From Vicugna vicugna (Eukaryota): DNA of 64,000 nt. Position 1 is the stretch's first letter, and each line of letters starts with the position of its first letter. The position numbers and the translations under genes were made by a program. The notes beneath the pieces are model-generated. The model had not been told where the DNA came from. It made no database searches and worked only from the letters and a program-made list of their open reading frames with translations. The stretch covers positions 199,202 through 263,201 of the forward strand of contig MU057959.1 of assembly GCA_013265495.1 (NCBI GenBank). Direction: 5' to 3'. Positions 22,679 through 36,152 of the stretch are shown in pieces.

Positions 22679-24014
22679 CCCTTGTGCATTCCCGAAGATT
22701 ACTTACTTCGTGGCTTTGTTTTCAAGGTTTCAGTCCAACCGTCTAAGTAAACTGAATCGTTTAAGAGCCAAGTGCAGAGTTCTGAGTGCTGACCAGACCC
22801 CTGGGAGCGACGTCATTTTTTGTGAAGTTGGAAGCACGAACAGAAACCTACTCGAGCTAACACGAGCAGCACTGAGAAAACGCCAGTTAAATCTTGAGTC
22901 TCAAAGTAAAATAAAGAAATGAGAAAAGCGGGAAAGAAAACGCATCACAGACAATAAGATTTTGCTGGAGACGTTCCTATGAACTCCCCGTGGGCACAGA
23001 TCAATTCATTCGGAGAAAACTCCGTCACAGACTTTGCAGGGTTTTACCCGACAGATATATCTCACTGGTGAGTATCTCTCTATGTAATGTTTGCACTTGC
23101 TCCTGTCTTTTATGTGAATATCGATCTTACGTTAATACCTATATATGTTTATATATGCATTTTCTAACGTGAAAATGAATAGTCCTCGTGAAAAGAGAGT
23201 TGATTTCAATTTCATCCTTCTGTGTGCATGTCTGTGTGGTTGGGAGTTTGTTTTTTCATAATAGCTCGCATGGCCAGCCTGTGGTGTGTGCATGCGAACG
23301 TGGGGGGCCTTCCATGATGGGGGTGTGTGATAATATTTTGAAACTTAGAAACCACCACGCGTGCTCTTGGACAAAGAAGGTGAGTGTTACATACGTCCAG
23401 TAACCATCTCATGAGAGTCGTGCCACCCGCATCATCCTTCAAGGAATCACGTCCACGTGTTTCTAAGTAATCACCGCAAAGGTACTCCCAGCACATCTTC
23501 TTGGGCTGATGTTTGTGTCACGCCCGTCCGCCCGGTGGATATCACTGTCTCCCTCTGATAACAGAGATCAGTGATGGCAGGAACCACCCAGGATAGTGAC
23601 GTCCAGAGTGCAGATGATAAATGCGGGTACTGGGGTGTTTGGAGGGCTCAGCAGGTGACCGACGTCACATGTTCCTCGTGGGACTGCAAACCTCCTGGTT
23701 TTAACTGTTTTCATAAATTCTTGCCATGGCTTCACAGGCATCGTTAAAAACATCAAAGTAGCGTGTACCGAGTTGAACAACCGTTTGGTGATGTGAAATA
23801 TTAACATAGATTAGAAGCATTTGCTTTCCGTGGTGTAGAAGAGTTCTGGAATGCTCTGAATGTCCGCTGTTAACCATTTTAAATCTTCTAAATCAATGGG
23901 AGACTTTGAACGTCTCGTTTTCAATTAGGAGTAACAAATTTACCACAATAACAAAATGAACTTCAGAATGTAGCATCTCATCCGATAATGGTAACGTGCA
24001 ATAGAAAAAAATTT

Positions 24015-24146
24015 TTGACTTATTTTTTAGTGATTATGTAATTTGGGGGTGGGGGTAATTAGGTTTATTTATTTATTTTATGCACGAACCCAGGACGTCA
24101 TGCATGCTAAGCACACGCTCTACCACTGAGCTACATACACTCCCCT
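24015..24146 (-). mobile_element. Vic-1-like SINE with internal deletion
   Basis: gggggtaattaggtttatttatttatttta...gaacccaggacgtcatgcatgctaagcacacgctctaccactgagcta; lacks the ggaggtactgggga segment seen in other copies. Confidence 0.8.
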
Positions 24147-25212
24147 CCTCCTGCAACAGCAAATTTAATATAAGTCTGCATGGAAAGAGAACAGGGTTTC
24201 AGAGTCCATTTTATGAGCATGGTACTGCACACATTCGAATGTTTCAGAATTCTGGCCGAGCACGTCATTTTATAGTTAATCCGATGTAAAATATTCCCCT
24301 GAATAAACTAGGCTCTGAGGGAGCTCCTTAAATTAGGTCTTGAAAGAATAAGCAGAAGGGGGCAGTTCAGGCAGAGAGCGGCTGCCCGGATTTCTCCAGG
24401 CGTCTTCATTGCGCTCAGGTAGGCGATCCGTACGGACTCAGTTACTAGAAATCATGGGAATCGTTAATACCTCACCTTGGCAGCTTCATGTGCTTGCATG
24501 ACTCAGTGTGATGCTTTATTAGCCAAAAGGAGATTTTACCGTTTGCAGGTGAAGGTGTCACTTTTTAGAACCGAGATAACTCAGGTCTTGACGTGCAAGA
24601 AGAGCATGTATGGATGCGGAGAAAGTGTGAGTTCTGAGACATCACTGAGAAAGGAGGGAGCAGTCTGGGGCCAGAATCACGTGCAGAGCGTTCACTGAGA
24701 CGCTCACCCCACCGTGAGGAGTCGGCCGTGCTGTGTGAAGGCCGCAGGGCTCGGGACACGCAGCCTGGGTCTCGCTGCTGATCCCGGCTTCACACTGCAG
24801 TTCACCTGGCTCTTGCGGGCGGTGGGGATGCCTTCCGAGTGTCCCCTCCTGACTCTAAAACCCCATGCTGCTGTGACTGCGTTCAAGGAAAGCTGTGTCT
24901 GGATAGAAGGGTACTTTAATGGAGATGCTTAATATTATAGAGTGTGAACAACAAGCATTCCAGGCCAGCTACTGTGCTAAATCTGCCTGTTTCTAACTTT
25001 TCCTTTCCCGTGCATTCATCTGATAGAGACCAACCACAACCTAATTCCGTTTTTAAATGGCCCGTGACAGATTATAAACAGTGTTCCAAGGACTGCGTGA
25101 TAAATAGGGCCTAAGAGCAATGATAACCACTTACTAAATTCCACACACGCAGAAAGGTGATTTCACCAGAGTACGGCCTGAATTACACGGGCAGGGTGCT
25201 GCGGTGCACCAG

Positions 25213-25610
25213 TGTCAGGAAACCATGCTCTGGTCCCCTCACCTGACGCACAGCAAAGCCGATCTGCCCACACCGGGGTGTGGGGAAGGAAGGGTCAGCG
25301 TTTGTTTGCAGGGCACCAGGCAAGGCGAATGGGCAGCTCACGCAGAAAAGACCCCAACTCCCCAGTGGCTTTCAGGGAAAGGTTTTAAAGGGAATGGTGG
25401 CCAGAGGGTCCCAGGGTGTGTGGTCAGCTCGTGCGCCTTCTTCTAATTGGTTGGTGGTTGGGGAACAGGGTGATGTTTCTGAAACCTAAGTCATCAGCCT
25501 TCTGGCTCCAGCCAGTCTAGGGTCCACGTGCATGTAGTATTCATGCAGTCACCGTCCTACCCCAGGTGGGGAGGTCTTAATTCGTATAGAACGCCTTGAA
25601 GACATGCAAC
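25213..25610 (-). mobile_element. ERV1-class LTR fragment, same family as 45627-46250
   Basis: Reverse complement of 25375-25482 aligns at roughly 80% by eye to 46012-46112, including CCAAT and TTTAAAA boxes. Confidence 0.75.
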
Positions 25611-26889
25611 AGGGACACACAGCACTCTTTTTTTTAAAATATACATCCATATTTATTTTTTACTTACCTTCTTGAAAGGAAATCACACGAAATGATTGCA
25701 AACTGGGACCGGAAGAGCTAAAGGTGCTGAATTCTGTCACCCAATTAAACCCTGCCTGGGAGCCAGGTGTGGGCACCTTCCACCTGGAGGGACGTGGAAG
25801 CCCTGAAACCAGCAGGAAGCTGCCCTAAAGGACAAGGTCTGGGACCATTTGCCCTCAGGAGTTCTCTCATTGCTTTCTCATCCCTGCAGTGACAAAATAA
25901 GACAGCGATGGGATGGAAATCTTGAAGGGAAAAGTATCCGCATAGACTTCACGGAGGAAAACAGACTCTACCTCTAATATTTCTGCACTGACTGCAGCAA
26001 AAGGTTGTAAGATTCATGTGGTCAAAGCAACGTCTGGGAATAAACTGTTTAAAATACGTTTTCATTGTACACAGAGTCTTTTCTTTGTTTAGGAAAACGT
26101 TCCCGGTCGTACCTCTTCACAATTCTAACGAAATCAGAATAGCCTTACCCACTGAAGTCTTGTCTCAAGTTATTTTATTTTGATTGGTAGTGATTTTGCT
26201 CACTTCCCCCACTGTGTACTTTTGGTGCCAATGTAAACATTTTCAAATCTCCAATCCCTTGTGGAAGGCATGCTATTTTCTAGGTCTCAAGCACAGATCT
26301 GGTGAGAACAGTAAACATGCTGGAAATAATAACATTTTTCAGATGGAGCCTGTTGACAAAATGATGGTTGGAAATGAGCACGAATGCATTACGATAACAT
26401 CAAGCCTGGAACATCTTTTTGAAGGACAATTTCATGGGGAATTATCTTCATAAAGAATTCATGGCAAGCGAGACGATTTATGCAAGAGAACTCAGTTTTC
26501 CAAAATATTCCAAACATAAGGGTCATTTGGAATTTTCATTAAACGCTGGAAGTGTCTGAGAATCTGTATATTATAATGAATATGTTTCATATACCATTTC
26601 GTGCCAACAAATGAAACATGAAATGTATGTAAGTGATTCCCTTTAAAAAAAAAAAAAGAAAGAAAGAGGTGATATTAAGGGGATCTGTGGAGAATCTGAT
26701 TCAACAAAAACCACAGTGTGATTTCAATGAAAAGGCAATTCTGCTAAACAGACGGAAGAATGGTTCACTTCATAATTTAGAAGCGTGCTTTCAATATTTA
26801 AATATTGTGGCAGCTAATTTATGAATATAAGTATTTGCCATATATAATCTCACTTATTAGAGATTTATCAAAGAAATGTATCTGTTTTT

Positions 26890-27086
26890 TTAACAATATA
26901 ACATTTTTTATTGATTTATAATCATTTTACAATGTTGTGTCCAACTCCAGTGTAGAGCACAATTTTTCAGTTACACATGAACATATATATATATTCATTA
27001 TCACATTTTTTTCTCTGTGAGCCACCATAAGATCTTGTATATATTTCCCTGTGCTATACAGTATAATCTTCTGTATCTATTCTACA
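26890..27086 (-). mobile_element. Young camelid-type L1 3' terminus
   Basis: Same 3' UTR family as 16863-17059; TSD GTATCTGTT at 26878-26886 and 27087-27095. Confidence 0.9.
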
Positions 27087-27699
27087 GTATCTGTTATTTT
27101 TTAAACATACGCAGGTTATCCTGTGTCTTTTCTCACCTCACATAAAAATGGCCAGAAGCCTGGCTGCGATGATGAGATACAGAATATGCCAAGGTCTTGA
27201 GTGTGTAATTCACCAGCAAATCCTAAGTAACCGCCTGTTGACAAAACTGGCTTTTTGTGCCAATAAAGTAAAAGGCTTTGTGAAACACGCCTGAAGTCCA
27301 GAGCAGCAAAAGCAGCTATGTCAGCAGGCAGGGCGATATGTTTGGGTGTGGGAAGTGGACAAGGACTGGCAGGGAGAGTCAGCTGTGCTCCACAATTTTG
27401 GGAACTCCAGGACGAGGCTTCCCCGAGGTGTACGCTCACCTGTGAGAACTCGGTACAGCCCAGGGGTTTTGGTCTTCTGAATGAGAAGGCATCACCACAC
27501 GTGCACACAATGCAAATCACTGCGAGAAGATGGATAAGAAGCCAAGTGGGGGTTCTCTCATAAGCCCCCATTGGGTTTGGATGGAGACTGGAACCACTGG
27601 TGTGCTCAGTGTTTCCAGCGTCCCTGTCATTTCGCCCTGGAGTAGAAAGGTTAGCCGGAGGCCCAAGTGACAGACTTCGCAGTGGCTGACAATCTTAGC

Positions 27700-28051
27700 A
27701 TCTTAGGCCGCTGGAGCTGCCGTAAGGAAGCACCACTGCTGGGGCGGCTTAAACACTGAACATCTATTTCTCACGGTTCCAGAGGCTGGATGGATGTCCG
27801 AGGTCAAGGTGCTGGCAGATTTGCTGTCTGGTGAGAGTCTAATTCTTGTTCAAAGCATCTCCTGTGTCCTCACCTGGTGGAAGGGGTGAGGGGGGCCCCC
27901 TGGGGTCTCTCTATTTGAAGGGCACTCATCTCATTCATGGGGGCTCCACCCTCATGACCTCATCGCCTCCCAGAGTCTCCACTTCCTCAAGCCATCACCT
28001 TGCAGGTTGGATGAACTTCCGGGAGGACACAAGCACGATCACACCATAGCA
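27700..28051 (-). mobile_element. Solo MaLR LTR (MLT1A-like)
   Basis: tcttag...gctgccgtaa...atttctcacggttccagaggctgg...gaggtcaaggtgctggcagatt...ggctccaccctcatgacct...ccatagca. Confidence 0.8.
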
Positions 28052-28714
28052 CCAGACGCCAACAAAAGGACCACACAACCAACTTCGTGCAGATGAAATG
28101 GCGCCTTCCCGCAGTTGCAGGGGTGGGAAAAGGCGATCTCATTTCCTCCAACCCTCTTTCGCTGTCAGGTAGCAGCAGCGCTCAAGGCTGCCGGCGTTGG
28201 AGAGGCCGCTGGCATCAGAGGATACGCCACTTGGCTGTGTCCATGTCAGTGTGAGGCGTTTCTCACCGGAGCACCGTGGTTACGCACGTGTGCAACTGAC
28301 ACAGACCACCAGAGCAGCTGCTTCTCAGAATTGACACCATCGCCTTTCTGGAGTAATTACCTCCCTTCCCACATTCAGTGGGTTCCCTGAACCTTTGTGA
28401 TTCTTGGGACTGCCGTCAGGCAGTCTACCCGATCTATCTACCCGATGCGTAAAACCCGGGGATGTGAAATGCTGCTTGCTCATGGGAACCACCCCCGGGG
28501 GGAGCTGCCCGGCTGCATCAGAACCCAGATCATCATTACCTCTGTGTAAGTGTCTGATAAAGTCCTGCTTCAAGTCGGTGCAGCTTCCCGCCCGCAGCAG
28601 CCAACTCGTAGGACAACACTGGAAATCCAACGTGCTATCTAAAAGCTTCCCAGAATGTCTGCACTTCATTGAAGCAGGCAGACCTTTCCCACGGTCGACA
28701 TAACTGAGTGCACG

Positions 28715-28816
28715 GCTCCACGTGGTCAAGGGTGGCACCGAGAATTTGCATTTCAAACAAGCTTCCCAGTGGTGCTGACATTGTGTGTCCAGGGGCCATA
28801 CCTTGAGAACCCCTGG
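28715..28816. mobile_element. MER5A-like MITE end
   Basis: gagaatttgcatttcaaacaagcttcccagtggtgctg...ccataccttgagaacccctg. Confidence 0.65.
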
Positions 28817-29361
28817 TTGAGTAAACGGGGAACTCTAAATTCTGAATAATTTTTAAAATGAACAGAATGACGTTGGGTCCCACGAATGGATTCATCTCTG
28901 CCGAAGATGATTGGATATCACTTGCTGCCGATGCTGGGTAATTTCTTGTTTATTTTATTTCACTGGTTTAGTTTTTAAGCTGGGTTAACTTCTCAATGAC
29001 TGCTAAGTGAACGCAGCGTCCTCACGCACGGACGTGGTTTTGCCTCAGGAAACGTCATTGCAAAACACATCAGATAAAGTAAATGATGTCAGTGGAGTCA
29101 TGATCAGGCCGAAGTGTAAGTGCCATATTAATTTGCATTGTGTCTTATGTAAAGATTGCTGAAAAGTACATTCCGTGACTCTACGTATCTGTTCTTACAG
29201 TGTCAAACAGCCGTGAGTTATGAATGCAAAACCAGTCGTGACCAAAAGCCTTGGTTAGCATCGTTATAAAGGGAAGTTTATGAAAACCAAACAAACCAAA
29301 AAATCAAAGCATCTTAACTAAGTTAACAGTCTGTGAGAGAACAATTAAACTAGCAGTTTAA

Positions 29362-29965
29362 TTGTAATTCAAAAAGACACCAGCCCCCTCCGCCCAACGT
29401 TCATAGCAGCACTGTTTACAGTAGCCAGGACGTGGAAGCAACCTAAATGTCCATCAACATATGAGTGCATAAAGAAGATGTGATGTATATACACAATGGA
29501 ATACTATTCAGCCATAAAAAGAATGAAAGAATGCCATTTGCAGCAACATGGATGGACCTGGAGATCATCATTCTAAGTGAAGTACACCAGAAAGAGACAA
29601 AAATACCATATGCCATCACTTTTATGTGAAATCTAAAAACACACAACAAACTAGTGAATATAACCCAAAAAAGGGGACAGACTCACAGTTACAGAGAACA
29701 AACTAGTGGTGACCAATGCAGAGAGGGAAGAGGGGAGGGGCAAGGCAGGGGTAGGGGTCTAAGAGGTACAAGTTATTAGGTATAAAATAAGCTACAAGGA
29801 CATATTGCAGAACACGGGGAATATGGCCAATATTTTATAATAACTATAAATGGAGTGTAACGTTTAAAGTATGTAAATTGCTATATTGTATACCTGTAAC
29901 ATATAACATTGTGCAGCAAGTATAATTCAATTAGAAAGAAATGACTTCAGGTATAAAAAAATAAA
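29362..29965 (+). mobile_element. 5'-truncated L1 (ORF2 end plus 3' UTR)
   Basis: aattcaaaaagacac...ttcatagcagcactgtttacagtagccagg...ggaatactattcagccataaaaa...ataattcaatt. Confidence 0.9.
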
Positions 29966-32716
29966 ACCTAGTCATTTCAGTGGACAGCAGACTTCTGCTA
30001 CAGAGGACACAGGACTCCTGCGTGTGTGCACGGAGGCTCACATAAGACATATTTCTGAACTTCCGTGTGTTCCTCAGGGCGTCAGGGATGGTTGCTTTTC
30101 TCAGCCCATCCCCTGAAGATTATTTCATAACAGACTTAATTCTTCTATCAAATCTGACTTCGAAACTAACCTAATCATTGCATCATCTTTGTTGTTTCAC
30201 ATACAGAGAAATTTAAATCCTTTTCTGAAATGCACAGTATACACAGCATAGACCTTCCCAGTGCAAAAAAAAAAATCATTTCTGTGTACTATTAAAAGTC
30301 TGCTTTACATCAAGAGCTGGTCTTGAATTTGCAGCCTCTCCAGGTAGATGTGGTTGCTAGTTTCTCTTCTGTTTGGTGCCTAGAGGGTTTTGGTGTCCCT
30401 TCTGAGTCGAAATCTTAAGGGTCTTTTTGTCTTTATGTTCATTTCTCCCTGATTTCAGGTAGGGAAGGGCCCCCCACCCAAAAAAAAATGTCAGAGTCCC
30501 CGGCTCTTCCTTCAACCTCCCATGCCTTCTCTCTCCACCAGCAGAGCATCCTCGCCCAGGACTTTCTTCATCCTGCTTCAGATGCACTTAAATTTGGGGG
30601 TCTGTGAAATGGCTTCCACCGTAGGGTCAGGCTTTGAAAATGCCGCTTTCTGTGCCATGACCTAGAAAGTCTGCCTCATTTTCTGGGGTGTTGAGTCCTT
30701 CCTGTAGCTTAAGTTTGTGAAGTCTATTGCAGATCGAACAACACAGTCATTCCCCTTACAGGACTGGACGAAGGCTGGACTCCTCAGCCTCTGTCTTAGG
30801 AACGGGGGTCGCAGAAATGGGTAAGACATGTTCCCTTCACTCTTGGAGGCTGTCTCTCTGCAGAAAATAAACAGACAGGTACTTAAATTAAGTTAAAATG
30901 TCCTCTTTCTCAAAATGTGTTCTCTTCGTCTTAAGCATTTCCTAACCTGCTCTAGCCTGGTTCACGCTGCTTGACGTTTATTCAAATCGTGCTCAGTGAA
31001 GGAATGTGCATCACCCCTGTGTTCCTAAATGTGACCTCTTTATCTTGCATTTAAATTCCGACATCATTTCATATTATTGACTGCACACATTTCCAATGAT
31101 ATGTTCAGTATCTCAAAAAATATCATTACATTGAAACCAAAAAAAAATTTTTTTAAATAAAACGAGAACTGTGTAACTGAAACTCTGTTTAAACGCCTGT
31201 ATTAATTTCCCATCAAAATCGAATTGATCAAATTTAACCTTATCATGATCCCACTGTTACCCAGGACCAGTAAATAATGCTGTTTACTTTTGGGAGCCAG
31301 AAATCAAATGCGGGTTTCGCTGGGATTGCTTCCCTGTGTACGGCGAAGACATTGAAATTCACGAAAACAATCATTTCACATTGAAGGCGAGGATGAGAGA
31401 GCCGTAAAGGTCTACTTAAATTGTTTTCTTCCTGTGCCATTAAAAGGACAAACTGAACTTTACACTCTTACATACCTTCTCAACAATAAACAAAACTAAA
31501 TTGGAATCACGTTCACTTCACTAACGTACGGTGCAGAAAAACAAAGAAAAATAAAAGTGCCAGCTGTGGGTCCATCAATGTCCCAGTGAAGAAGCACGGA
31601 GTTCAAAGGGGTTATTTTTAGAAAAGAACAAAGAGATGTAGTTCTGTGTGTGAATTTGTGTAATGTCTAACTTCCTTCCCACGCAGTGTAGGGCAGGGGA
31701 ACACGGTCTAACTGCTGTCAAAATATAGACTGTTAGAAACACGCAAGAGCTTTCTGATGTCTGCTAATTATGACCAGAAATATCCAGGCTCATTATTATC
31801 ATAAAATCCTTAATATTTTATTATTATAAAATCCTTTGATATTTAGATTATTCCCTTTGCACGTACTTACGTGGTTTAAACATATTGAAAAGACTCAGCT
31901 GTTAAAATTTTAGCCAGAGGCAGACATGGTGACAATAGTATTGGTTTTTTTCTGTTGAAATATTTTTTTCTGCTTCATCTGTAAGAGAAAAAAAAATTCT
32001 TTAATTTAGAATAATTAACTCAAGTGTATTTTCTGCGCTCATTTATTGCGTTGAGAATTGAGCTGTTCATCCTTGTAAGAGTAAAGTATTCTCTTTTTTT
32101 GTTTGTTTCTTAAAGAGAGGAAACATATAGGAGGAACAAATTTAAAAAAGAAATCAATGAAGTGCTTCCTGAAGAGACCACTTACTCCTCGAAGAAATTT
32201 CTGGGGAAGTTAGACACCCATCTCTGACCCTAGGGGGAAAGGCGTTGCCATTAATTTGGAGTGTTTTCAGTCTGAAGATATTTAGTGTAATTTCAGGCAA
32301 TCTGTGGCGTATGTGTTTTTATTTCAGCGGCGCTGTGGATAGGCAGTCAATGTGTACTGGATCAATAAAACTTCACAGGAGTGACTGAAAGTTCAGGAGA
32401 AGCCATTCTCCCGTGCACACTTTTTACAAATAGACGTGAATCTAGCTCGGTAAAATAACTCCTGAGGCTTGCCAATGGGGTAATCACTAGAATTGTACCC
32501 CATCAAACTGAATCCCGGGCCATGACGTTAATTTTAATGGATGACCAGTGTCTCTCCGTATGTGCTAATTACGTGTGTAGACGTCTATTGATGATTGTAA
32601 CGTCTCTCTGTCTCTCTGTTTTACTGTCCTCGTTGAACCTGGTTAACTTGTTACTTTTTTCACTGAAGCCTCTTAAGCTCTTCAAATTCTATTAGCTGCA
32701 GTTTTCTCTCACGCAC

Positions 32717-33452
32717 ACATTGCATCTGCCGCTCTGTTTTAACATCCATCACCTACTTGCTCCGTTTTGGAAAAGAGGCTGTATCCACTGTGTCCGAGTT
32801 TAATTCAGAGGCAACAGTGTATCTCAGGTAGGTTTAAGTCCAGGCTCTTTCTGTGAAGCTTAAGTAATAATCCTTTGGCACAAGCGTTTGTTTACTTGAC
32901 TTATAAAATATGACCTATTAGACCCTCCATCGAAGGGGACTTATGAGAATCGAATGCCGTGGGAATGAAGCAAGCAGCTCACTGCAAGCTTTATCATAAT
33001 CAGTCAAGGAATGGGAATGGCAGATACGATGATTATTCTGTTGTAGGTGACAGCTGAAATGAACAAACCCAAATCAAAGACGTAAACATTGCATCTGCCG
33101 CTCTGTTTTAACATCCATCACCTACTTGCTCCGTTTTGGAAAAGAGGCTGTATCCACTGTGTCGAGTTTAATTCAGAGGCAACAGTGTATCTCAAGTAGG
33201 TTTAAGTCCAGCCTCTTTCTGTGAAGCTTAAGTAATAATCCTTTGGCACAAGTGTTTGTTTACTTGACTTGTAAAATATGACCTATTAGACCCTCCATCG
33301 ATGGGGACTTATGAGAATCGAATGCCGTGGGAATGAAGCAAGCAGCTCACTGCAAGCTTTATCATAATCAGTCAAGGAATGGGAATGGCAGATACGATGA
33401 TTATTCTGTTGTAGGTGACAGCTGAAATGAACAAACCCAAATCAAAGACGTA
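32717..33452. repeat. 369-bp tandem duplication of unique sequence (copies 32717-33085 and 33086-33452)
   Basis: Head-to-tail copies with about 5 substitutions and a 1-nt indel, counted by eye. Confidence 0.97.
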
Positions 33453-34419
33453 CACGTCGGAACATGAGAAGGATCGAGTTTTATACCCAGCATCCCCTCC
33501 CGTATTTTTTTCAAGTTGTGCATCGACAGAGCGAGTAGAAGTTCTTCTGTAGCAGAATGGCTCAAAACTAGATTTTTGCCACGTGAGCTGCTGGGAAGAG
33601 CATCGTATCATCGACAGACACCCGTGGTCACGCTTGAAATCCTTACGTGAGCAGGGTCTCTTTCCAGTACAGTCCGTTTCAGTCGCTCCATCTCTGTTCC
33701 CAGAGTGACATCCACAGGACACATCCTTCGGTTCTCAGCAGGAATTTCTAGCATCCAACTGATGGTCCTGAATCTACAACGTCACCGCTCGCTGTGCCCT
33801 GCCCACCTTTGATGTCCTGACCCGTGTGCATGTTGCTTGTCCCAGTTCTGCTGACTTTGTGTGTGCTGGGATGTGGACAGGTCCCTCAGCCACCTGTCTC
33901 CTCGGTCACGAGAGAGGCAAAGTAATCGCTTACTCAGAGGGTCATTCCAGGGATACACAACCTTGTCGATCAATGGCTTGAGCGTGACAGACCTTGCAAG
34001 TGTTTCATAAACACTACATGATGACTACACTTTACAAGTGACAGTAAGTACATAAGGAAACACACATTATTGTTGACTTGAAAGTCAGGATGAGTGGAAA
34101 ATAATGTAGCAGGCATGTCCGGGCACTCCCAAGCCAGGGGAGGGTAAGATTCAAGGGAAATAACAAAACAAGATGGTCTGGGAACTCTGCATATTTCTGT
34201 GTGTTACCCGCATCCTTCCAGCCCATACGGCGGAAACCCAGCAACAGCCAGGTGGCCGATGTTGACATTAGAGACAGGTAATGTGAGGTAGGACTTTTCT
34301 GTCAAAATACTCACCTGTCAAGAATATCATTGGCACTATCACTGGCATTATAGTTAAATTGTCTTTTTCTCATTTAGATTTTTGGTCATGTGGCACCAGG
34401 CAGAAAATTGGACCTACAA

Positions 34420-34467
34420 ACACACACACACACACACACACACGCACGCACAGACACGCACACACAC
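34420..34467. repeat. (CA)n microsatellite, interrupted
   Basis: Directly visible. Confidence 0.9.
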
Positions 34468-34769
34468 AAGATCACTGGCAATGGAATAAATGACAGGAAA
34501 ATCAAATTAATTTTTCCTAATTGAATTGCCCTCAAAGACAGGTATTGGAAGCAAAAATAAGAGCAACGTTTGGTATGTTTATAGCATCTGTGAATGTAAA
34601 GCATATTCTCTTTCCACCGTCAAGTATGAGAGAAAGACATTGGGCGTATGAATATGGTTGTAAATTCCTTACCCTACAGGTGAGGCAGTATAATATTATT
34701 TGGAGACAGACTGTGATGAATTAAAGTTGTACGTATGAAAAAACCACACCATCCTCTAAACAGGATGGA

Positions 34770-35500
34770 TTACCAGGTTGGATAGAAGAGCAAAGCCTGA
34801 TAAACTACATGCTGCTTACAAGAAACATGATTCAAATAAACACGTAAACTAATAGTAAAAGATTGATTCTAAAAAAGCATGCACACACTAAATGAAAGGT
34901 GCTTGGAAGAAGCTATATTCGTATCAGATAAAGTAGCCAAAGGAAAACCGTAAAGCATAAAAGGAGACATTAAATAGAGACGAAGGGATTGATTCTCCCA
35001 GAAGATTTTAAAATCCTGCGTGTGTGTTTGTAACGAAAAATAGAGATTGGCGGGGGACAAGGTATAGGAAAAACTATAGAACTGAAAGGAGAAATAGGTG
35101 AGTCTACAATTACGTTTGTTGAATTCACCATTCCTACCCCAATAATGAATAGAATAAGTGTGCAGAAATTCTATCAGGGTATAGATGACCTCAGTGAGAC
35201 TGTCAGCCACTTCATCCAGTTGACGTTTTTTTAAAACATCACACAAGAGCTGAAGAATACACATTCTGCTCAAGTGTTAAAAGGGCACTCCCTTAGATGG
35301 ATCATGTTCTGGGCCATAAAAAATACAAAGAACAGTGAACAACTTAAGAGAATAGAAATGGCTACAAAGGATTATTTCAAACTCTAACAGAACGTCCTAA
35401 GAATACATGACAAAGAAATCTGGAATTCCTACGTTTTTGAAAATTAAACAACATTCTAAATAACCTATGAACCAAACAGTAAGCTTCAAGTGAAAAGAAA
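34770..35500 (+). mobile_element. Old L1 fragment, ORF2 endonuclease region
   Basis: A-rich sense L1 motifs (atgctgcttacaagaaaca, atcagataaagtag, gaatacacattct, catgttctgggccataaaa, ttctaaataacctatg). Confidence 0.7.
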
Positions 35501-35535
35501 AAAAAACCTGCATAAAAAAAACACAGCACACGGTT

Positions 35536-35695
35536 GGGTGGAGCGTATAGCTCAGGGGTAGAGCACGTGCTTAGCATGCACAAGGTCCTCGGTTCAATCC
35601 CCAGTACCTCCATCAAAAAATAATAATAATGAAATAAATAAATAAGCATAATTACCTCCTCCCAGCAACAACAATAAAAATTAGTAAAAGATAAA
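35536..35695 (+). mobile_element. tRNA-Ala-derived SINE (Vic-1-like)
   Basis: gtatagctcaggggtagagcacgtgcttagcatgcacaaggtcctcggttcaatccccagtacctcca, A-rich linker, taattacctcctccc, tail. Confidence 0.9.
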
Positions 35696-36024
35696 ATTTT
35701 ACAAAATGTAATTCCATTGCCTTTTGCATTCTTCTGTTGATGATGAATTCAGATGTCAGACTTGGGACCCAGCTACACATGCCTGAGAAACTTCAGGTCT
35801 TGTATGTGAGAGTGACAGAAAAATGTTCTTAGTAGCATTGCAAAGTGGTGCCAAACCCAGGGGAGCCTCAAGGCATGTTGGAAGAAGAAGTGGGTACAAA
35901 GAGCTTATTATACACAGGAAATGGAATATTACAGAGCAGTGAACAGAAATCTTCTTAACAACTTTCCTACTTGCAAACATGGATAAGCATGTTTATCGAT
36001 TAAAAAAATTCCTTAAAAAACTCC

Positions 36025-36152
36025 TTATTCAATATCTTGTAATAAACTATAATGAAGAAGAATATGAAAAGGAATATATATGTATAGCCAAAACATGATG
36101 CTGTGCACCAGAAACTAGACATTGTAAACTGACTATACTTCAATTTAAAAAA
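36025..36152 (+). mobile_element. Short young L1 3' terminus
   Basis: attcaatatcttgtaat...aagaatatgaaaaggaatatatatgta...acattgtaaactgactatacttcaattt plus A tail. Confidence 0.85.

Noticed and set aside
24477..24644. Possible minus-strand exon (ccctcctttctcAG ... AAG|GTGAGG)
   Set aside because: Stops in all three frames and no other support; likely a pseudo-exon
28920..29290. Possible Tigger-like DNA transposon remnant
   Set aside because: Too diverged to support by eye; no convincing terminal inverted repeats
35541..35613. Possible functional tRNA-Ala(AGC) gene
   Set aside because: Followed by the SINE linker, 3' motif and A tail, and the acceptor stem is mismatched; it is a SINE copy
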